Positions 57,735 through 64,000 of a stretch of 64,000 bases of DNA are shown here, one piece after another. The notes under the pieces were generated by a model. The model made no database searches, had not been told where the DNA came from, and saw only the letters and a program-made list of their open reading frames with translations. This DNA comes from Basidiobolus meristosporus CBS 931.73 (lineage: Eukaryota > Fungi > Basidiobolomycota). The position numbers were made by a program, and so were the translations under genes. Position 1 is the first letter of the stretch; each line of letters starts with the position of its first letter. The stretch covers positions 62,001-126,000 of the forward strand of contig MCFE01000104.1 of the NCBI GenBank assembly GCA_002104905.1, written 5' to 3'.

Positions 57735-59879
57735 AGTTAAATAAGACTGTCGTCTGAAAAGAGAATGGAGTTTTAGATATGAAGCAATCGAAGGCTTAAG
57801 AGATCACCTACCATTTGAGTAATAACTATTACCATTATTGTTTTGCAAGGGAGACCTACTAGGAGTTTGTATTGTCTGGGATGTGGGTGTAGGTGTTTGC
57901 GGACTACGGGACTATTGTGAGGTGTGTTGAGTTCCGGTAGTTAAACAAAATCAACAACTCACGATGAACACATACCTCAAATGAGATTCCGAGCAAGTCA
58001 TCTAAAGGATTACCTACTCAACAAAACGAGTAAGTATTATACGGAGGAAAACCCTCAAAGAGAGAAGCACCAACCGCTCGAGGCTTGCTTGCCGGTCTCA
58101 CTTGCTGGGGGTGTTGTTGCCAATGAAAGCCTGTCCATATCATCAAAATCAATCAAGGATATCTCATTCTCTTTTTGACCGTTGGGGCTGTTCGCGTTGG
58201 AATGGACACCAGGTAAACTACGCAGTAATTCTGGTTAGTTGCCATTAAAAAGATATTGCTGAGTGTTATTAGCACCTTTCATCGGAGTAAATTCCCTTTT
58301 GTATATTATTGTACCGTTCAATGGCTTGGATCATTCGGTCGTTCAAAGTGAGAAGTCGGTCTAGGTTACAAGAAATGCTTAGTAGGGTAGTTTGCAGTTG
58401 TATGTTTGAGATATGAAAATACCCAAATCCTCCTCCTCCTCATTCTCGTGAATCAAACGCTGCACCTTTGGAAGGGTTGCTTTACATTTCTCATGAAACT
58501 CCTATATGGCTGATGTGAGTGATTGGTCAACTCAAGGGAACTCAAGCTCTAGAGTACGTGAACTGTTTCGGAGGCTTTTTCATGTGGGCGCAAGTTGTTG
58601 AGCATATCTATATATAGCTGAACATCCTCTTCGATTTTTTCCAATTCTTTGTTGACTTCTTCTCGATAGTCGGGTTTTGAGCTGGTATCCTAAACACATA
58701 ACGTGGCATGAATATGACCATCAACTAGATTATATGTGAACATAAAGCACATACATATCCAGACATAATCTTCATCAGTTCGTTAGCTTCCTCCAAATCT
58801 TCTGGTCTGCCTCTCCGAATTAACTCTTGCAATTTCTACACAAACAATGTATGTATACTTTAGATATACCGAAAGATGCTGCCTGGTTGCGATTCATTTG
58901 TTACCGCGGACTGAGCTAATCTGTCTTCCTCTTCTAACTCGTCAGCTGATTTGAGAACCTGGATATTTGAATTGCGTTGTAGTGAATATCTGTACAATCG
59001 CTGATGTTGATGTCCGCAGCTTACATTAGCAGGGTTCATGACAGCAGTCACGTCTTTCTTCAGCCTTGGGAATCTGTAGCCTGATAAATGAATTATAGGA
59101 TGTGTCAGAGGCAGAATCATGAAGCAGTTATGATAACTATAAAGTACCCTTGGAGCGTAAAAGGCTAAACATATTCACGATGTTGACAAGGTCTTCTTTG
59201 TGTCGAGAATAAACACATATCGTTTTCTTCCATTCCTTTATCAGCTCGAGGATCTTCATTTGTACTGGGCTTGGGTTGCTCTGAAAACCCAAACGAACCG
59301 GAATACCATATTAAATCTCAAATAGGAATGCGAGCGCTCCGCTCGAAAGTGACGGCACTTACACTTTGTTGCTTAGGGAAATACTTCACCAAATCATTGA
59401 GGAATTCTTTGGTAGCGATTTGTAAATGAAATGGATGACCACAATTTTTAACGCAATTATCCAAGAGCTAGTCATGATGAATTAGCGAGTAGACAATACG
59501 CCCTGCATCCAATATATATTACCTCAAGCCCCAATAACCCAACGTGACTGTTCCGTGCGTTAATATAGTCAAGAATTGTAAACGCGGCTAATCTAGGGCT
59601 TTGTGTGACATTCAGGGAATCAGTAGATCTATGGGCTCCAAGGAATTCAAAGAACTTACTAGTTTTTCTGCTTCTCATTAACTAAATCACATATTTCCAG
59701 ATTCAAAGCCAGATCTGGATCCATCAAACCAGGCCTACATGCTCGTTCTTGGCAAGAAAATATGAGTAAAGGCTGCCAAGAGAAAGCACAGAGGACCAGT
59801 AAAAGCAGTGGTCACTACCTATCATAGACTTTAAACGCTCTTCAGTTTCATTAAACGACGGTAACGAAAACATATCCAT
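57735..59879 (-). CDS. GGA2: GGA clathrin adaptor (VHS + GAT + hinge); 3' end uncertain
   Basis: ERACRPGLMDPDLALNLEICD, LLDNCVKNCGHPFHLQIATKEFLNDLV, LKSADELEEEDRLAQSA-KLQELIRRGRPEDLEEANELMKIMSGY, clathrin-box-like SLIDFD. Confidence 0.88.
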
Positions 59880-60259
59880 ATTAACACAAAGGGGGACGTT
59901 AAGAGTATTCAAAGAGTTGCTGAATGATATATAGGCTTCTTGCAACTGAAGTAGACACAACTTCGTAACTCAGCGCTTACACTTGATTCCGTGGCGCTAC
60001 TCGGTATGCTTGATAAGATCTTGGAAATTCTAACCAAATTCCACCGAATATATTTATTATCCGATATCGGTGAAATTGGATCTGAAATAGGAAGAAATCT
60101 ATCCAAACAACATCACAAAAATACAAGGCAACCGCAGAGGCTCGCTAAGAATTCAAGTAGTTTTATTCACTCAAGAACAGACCGAACAATTCAACTGACA
60201 GTATCACTCATGGGTCGTCTAGTGAATACATCTCTGCGTATCAGCTCCGAGGTGACAAT

Positions 60260-60558
60260 TTATTTGTCAGAAGTAGGAGCAGGGTTCATTCTGCGCTTAC
60301 CACCGATGAGGTTGGTAACGTTAACGAAGCGACGGTTGTATTGGATTCTCTTCTTGGCACGACCAGTCTTCTTCTTTTTCTTTTCTTGTTTCTCTACCTT
60401 AGGGCATTGAGACTTGACCTTACCGGCACGAGCGAGGGAACCGTGTACTTTACCCTACAGTAGATAAGTTAATAATCTATACACTACACGACTGCTGTCT
60501 AACAGATGGATGGCTATGTGAATAGGATGCACGAGCTACGAATATGATAACGTACCAT
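60260..60558 (-). CDS. RPS30: 40S ribosomal protein S30 (eS30); ATG-only first exon
   Basis: [47 protein letters not shown]. Confidence 0.97.
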
Positions 60559-60797
60559 GTTGAGCTGACAACAATAGATGAATTGGGAAGAGGGTTCAGT
60601 AGACCTCCGCAACTAGCCTATATCACTTCTACCACCTGGCCCATGATTGGTCGAGCAATTTTAACTAATCTATGTATCCCGAGGCACAAAAATTCTTTTG
60701 TCAGTACAGATCCAATGTGCATTTACTGACAGAATCTCTATTTTATTATTTTTATCTATGGAAACAAGCAAGCAACAATCTCGGAACATGCAAACTA

Positions 60798-61581
60798 TCA
60801 TGATTGGAAACCAAGTCCACCACGACCTTTGAATTGTTGTTTGCGAAGCCTGAGCCCATTTTCATACTGTTTCTCAAGTGCTACATTCATTTTTTTGGCA
60901 TACTCCGAATCGATAGCCGTTTGACCGGTTGATTGGGTACTTAACGAGCCAAACAAGCCTTTCTTTTTGCCCCCGTCTTCACCACCTTTCTTGGCGCCCA
61001 ATAGTCGCAAAAACTTGTCTTTTCGTTCTTCGTTATCAAAACTAGCTGCTGACCAGTTGTTCCAACCACCACTGCTAGTAGTTTCGCTAGGTTTCTAAAA
61101 GAAAGGTCGAATTAGGAATGACACAAGTACAATAGCAAATAAAAGGGTTTACCGTTTCTTTTTCCTGGGCTGATTCATTTTCGGAGGAGCTAGAATCTGA
61201 GGTGTCGGATTTTGACTTCTTGGAGGACTTGGATTTACTTTTTTCCTCGTGCTTCCGCTTCTTACTTTTCTTCTCCTTTTTCGAGTCTTTGTCCTTTTCC
61301 TCCTTTTTGCTCTTTTTCTCCTTCTCCTTGCTCTCCTTTTTACTCTTCTTCTTCTCCTCCTTCTCCTTGCTCTCCTTTGTACTCTTCTTCTCCTCCTTCT
61401 CCTTGCTCTCCTTTGTACTCTTCTTCTCCTCCTTCTCCTTGCTCTTCACTTTTTTGTCGTTTTTGTCAGACTTTTTGGATTTCTCCTTCTTTGATTTGTC
61501 GCGACTCTCCTTTTTTGAGAGATTCTCCACCTCCTTCTCCTCCACGTGCTTTCTCTTCTTTGTGGTACGCTCTTCTCCCAT
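60798..61581 (-). CDS. Lysine-rich nucleolar-type protein with C-terminal small-acidic-protein (SMAP) domain; one intron
   Basis: KKE-rich low-complexity region, then GWNNWSAASFDNEERKDKFLRLLGAKK...LEKQYENG...RGGLGF. Confidence 0.8.
61315..61450 (-). repeat. 36-nt coding tandem repeat (KESKEKEEKKST)
   Basis: The unit ttctccttgctctcctttgtactcttcttctcctcc repeats about 3.5 times. Confidence 0.85.
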
Positions 61582-62861
61582 TTGTGAAAGTGACAAGATC
61601 GATCTCCAAGCAAGCGTGAGGTATAGACGTGAAATAATATGTGAGGTTTTTTTGATCAGCCAGGAAATCTTTTTGTTTCTCATCAGAAAATTCCAGGATT
61701 TTTCATAAATCTGAGCCATGCAAATATCTAAATCACTCACTCTACTAACTCACCCAAGTATGATGAAGTGTCTGACCTTCCTCTCCTACATTGAGAATAT
61801 CAGCAGAGTTGAATTGGTTGAATCTGCAAATCAATATTGCCTTGGGGTGCGGATAGCGAAGAAGTTGAAAAGCCTAGCGTTCGTATAGATAGCAAGGAAA
61901 CTGAATGCATACGATCCTCATAGCAGATGTCTATATTCGGAAAGCAGGGTTGAAATGGTATTCAACATCGACTTTGACACATGTTCCAATCACGGAAGCA
62001 AAGGCAAGCGTACAGAGCAAATAGCAGGAATATGGCTCGCGTATATTCCCATTGGCCTATTGATGTGGCCAGCGATTTCGTCGATATGTCAACTGACTAA
62101 TAAGCCTATCGACATTCACCATCACTAAGCTTCTGTTTATTGACTTGAGCCATGGTGATTGGAATACTAATGGCGCGGGAACCACATTCGCACCCAAGCT
62201 GATGGGATAATTAACAGTCCAAATCCACCATTTTGGATTTTATCACATATCGTTGACGAAGTCGCACCAAGCTTGCAATTCAGCTGAAAGCGTCGACTGC
62301 CTCATTCCGAATAAAATATACTCGATTAATGATGTATCACCAAATAAATGATCCTTGCGAAATTAGGTTTACCTTAAATGCCTTATTTTAGGAGCCATTG
62401 AATTAATTAATACAGTGGTGATTTCTTAAGACGAAATAAGTTTGATGAGTATTACAAAATTATCTCATCGGGCACTCTCTGATTTATGATGCAACTATGG
62501 GGTAGCCTGCCATATCGAGATGATGGTCATTACCCATTGCTTTTTTACCTTGTCTATATATGGTGATACCCTTTCTCCATCATTGGCTGGCTCAAGTGTA
62601 GAAATTTCCCCACGGATCCATCTGATGGATCAAATTCATTCCTTTGATCAACTTAAAAGCCCCAGACCCCATTAATCTCCTCAACTATATCTTGCCAACT
62701 GGAAGTTCATCACTTAGCTGCTCCATTCTTGGCGATTTCACCGCTTGCCTTTTTGTCACAAATTGGTCACACCTTGTCAAACCAGCACAAGCCGTTAATT
62801 GTCTTCCTCACCTCTTGTGGTTTACAAGTTCACTCCCTTCCTGCTTTTCTGCTAGCATCTC

Positions 62862-64000
62862 ATGACCGTTATGATGCAAGAAAACAAATGGCCTGTGCAA
62901 ACACAGCACTTACAACCTATGTCTCTTCCTCATCAGTCCATTCAACATAACTTAACACCAATGCATTCGCAAAACGAAAGCTTTGTTGATAGTTACCAGT
63001 ATTCCGAACAAGCTCACTTGCCCTCCAACAATATGTATGTTACTAGTTGATACGATGTGTAATAATGTCAGAGCCTGAACGTTTCTGCTTTTCTTAGGCC
63101 TTCCCAGCAGCCTGACCAATCTGCACCCCCAATGTTCTTGGCTCCTTTGCCTCAGAAACCAGATATCGATCCCGTGAGGTCAGCATATCAAAGGTTGGTG
63201 TGATTGTTGGTAGACGCGCAGCTGTACACGTTGCTAACGAAGACATGTCTATTATCTAGTGCTAGCTACATGTCAAACATGCCCATGCATTCGTCAATTC
63301 CTCGACCCATGGATATGGCTAAACCACGTTTGACGGTTCCTCCACACTTTGACAGGAAATATTCATTGGATAGCTCGTTGGCAAACATGTCTTATGGCGC
63401 ACCTTCATTCCACCCTACTCTACGCAAACGTAGATCCGATTCCCTTGGTTTCCCTAACGAGGCTGGCCCTTACTTCACACAAACCAAGCAGCATTACAAC
63501 TTATACAGTATGGATAAAACCAATAGGTAAGTGGAGCCGCAGCGCATCAATTCAAGCCTCATCGTCGTAGCATTCTAATTAATCAATCAAATCTTGATAT
63601 TATAATAGTTACTCTATTCGTGTCGACTCCAAATTTGATCGTGGCTTCTTTTTGGCTGATAACGATTGGACTTGTTACCGCCGTAATTATTTCCAAGTTA
63701 GCACCGCTTTCTCGCTTATTGGATCCAACCATCCACCATCAGACCCGGAGTGTCCATGCATCGTTGATGTGGATGGCGTCCAGCATACTGTGGTTCAATT
63801 TTCCTTGGGCGTGACCGCTCGAGTGTCCAACAGTGACAAGAAAATCGATCTGATACAACACACTCCAAAGAGAGACAAAGGCCCACAAACCACACCAGCC
63901 GCTAGACCAATTCGTGCTGGCGGAAACGTGAACCTGAGCTCTGTTGGATCGAATCAAACGATAGTCACTTTTGAGCGTATCCAATTCAAGACTGCCACAG
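62862..64000 (+). CDS. NDT80: NDT80/PhoG-family transcription factor, 3'-partial, multi-exon
   Basis: KFDRGFFLADNDWTCYRRNYFQV, LIQHTPKRDKGPQ, VTFERIQFKTAT are diagnostic NDT80 DNA-binding-domain blocks. Confidence 0.9.

Noticed and set aside
1-64000. tRNA, rRNA, CRISPR arrays, U12-type introns
   Set aside because: No cloverleaf/T-loop sets, rRNA segments, spacer-repeat arrays, or intron-initial RTATCCTT sites were found by eye.

Overview
Gene-dense eukaryotic DNA with short GT-AG introns, from an early-diverging non-Dikarya fungus. Zoopagomycota/Mucoromycota-like, possibly Basidiobolus; the taxon is my inference from gene content and intron style. I can support about 35 protein-coding genes, mostly housekeeping: RPC40, RDS2/acuM, PGP1, a Cps1-like GT2, RPS10, DAL1, eIF5, a class II HDAC, MCU, RPL43, an F-box/LRR, ERI1, DNAJC3, a LysM protein, UBE2W, MSP1, NDUFV1, a SAPS protein, Nup58, NDUFA2, a CoA-transferase, eIF4E, ALG5, GGA, RPS30, a SMAP-domain protein and NDT80. 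Highlights the ORF track does not show: (1) a five-intron MTA1/AMT1-type MT-A70 gene, the predicted DNA 6mA writer; (2) an snRNA cluster of one U6 and four U1 genes, with the U1s in a duplicated ~1 kb two-gene cassette and present as two variants differing only by two compensatory base-pair swaps; (3) a position-fixed ATCCCAYA element plus an AT-rich -30 box upstream of all five snRNA genes, a candidate fungal PSE/USE; (4) an extra UUCG hairpin before the U6 terminator; (5) a CCDC77-like centriole-protein gene; (6) single-base frameshifts in NDUFV1 and Nup58, most likely assembly errors. All family assignments are by motif recognition from memory; no database searches were run.
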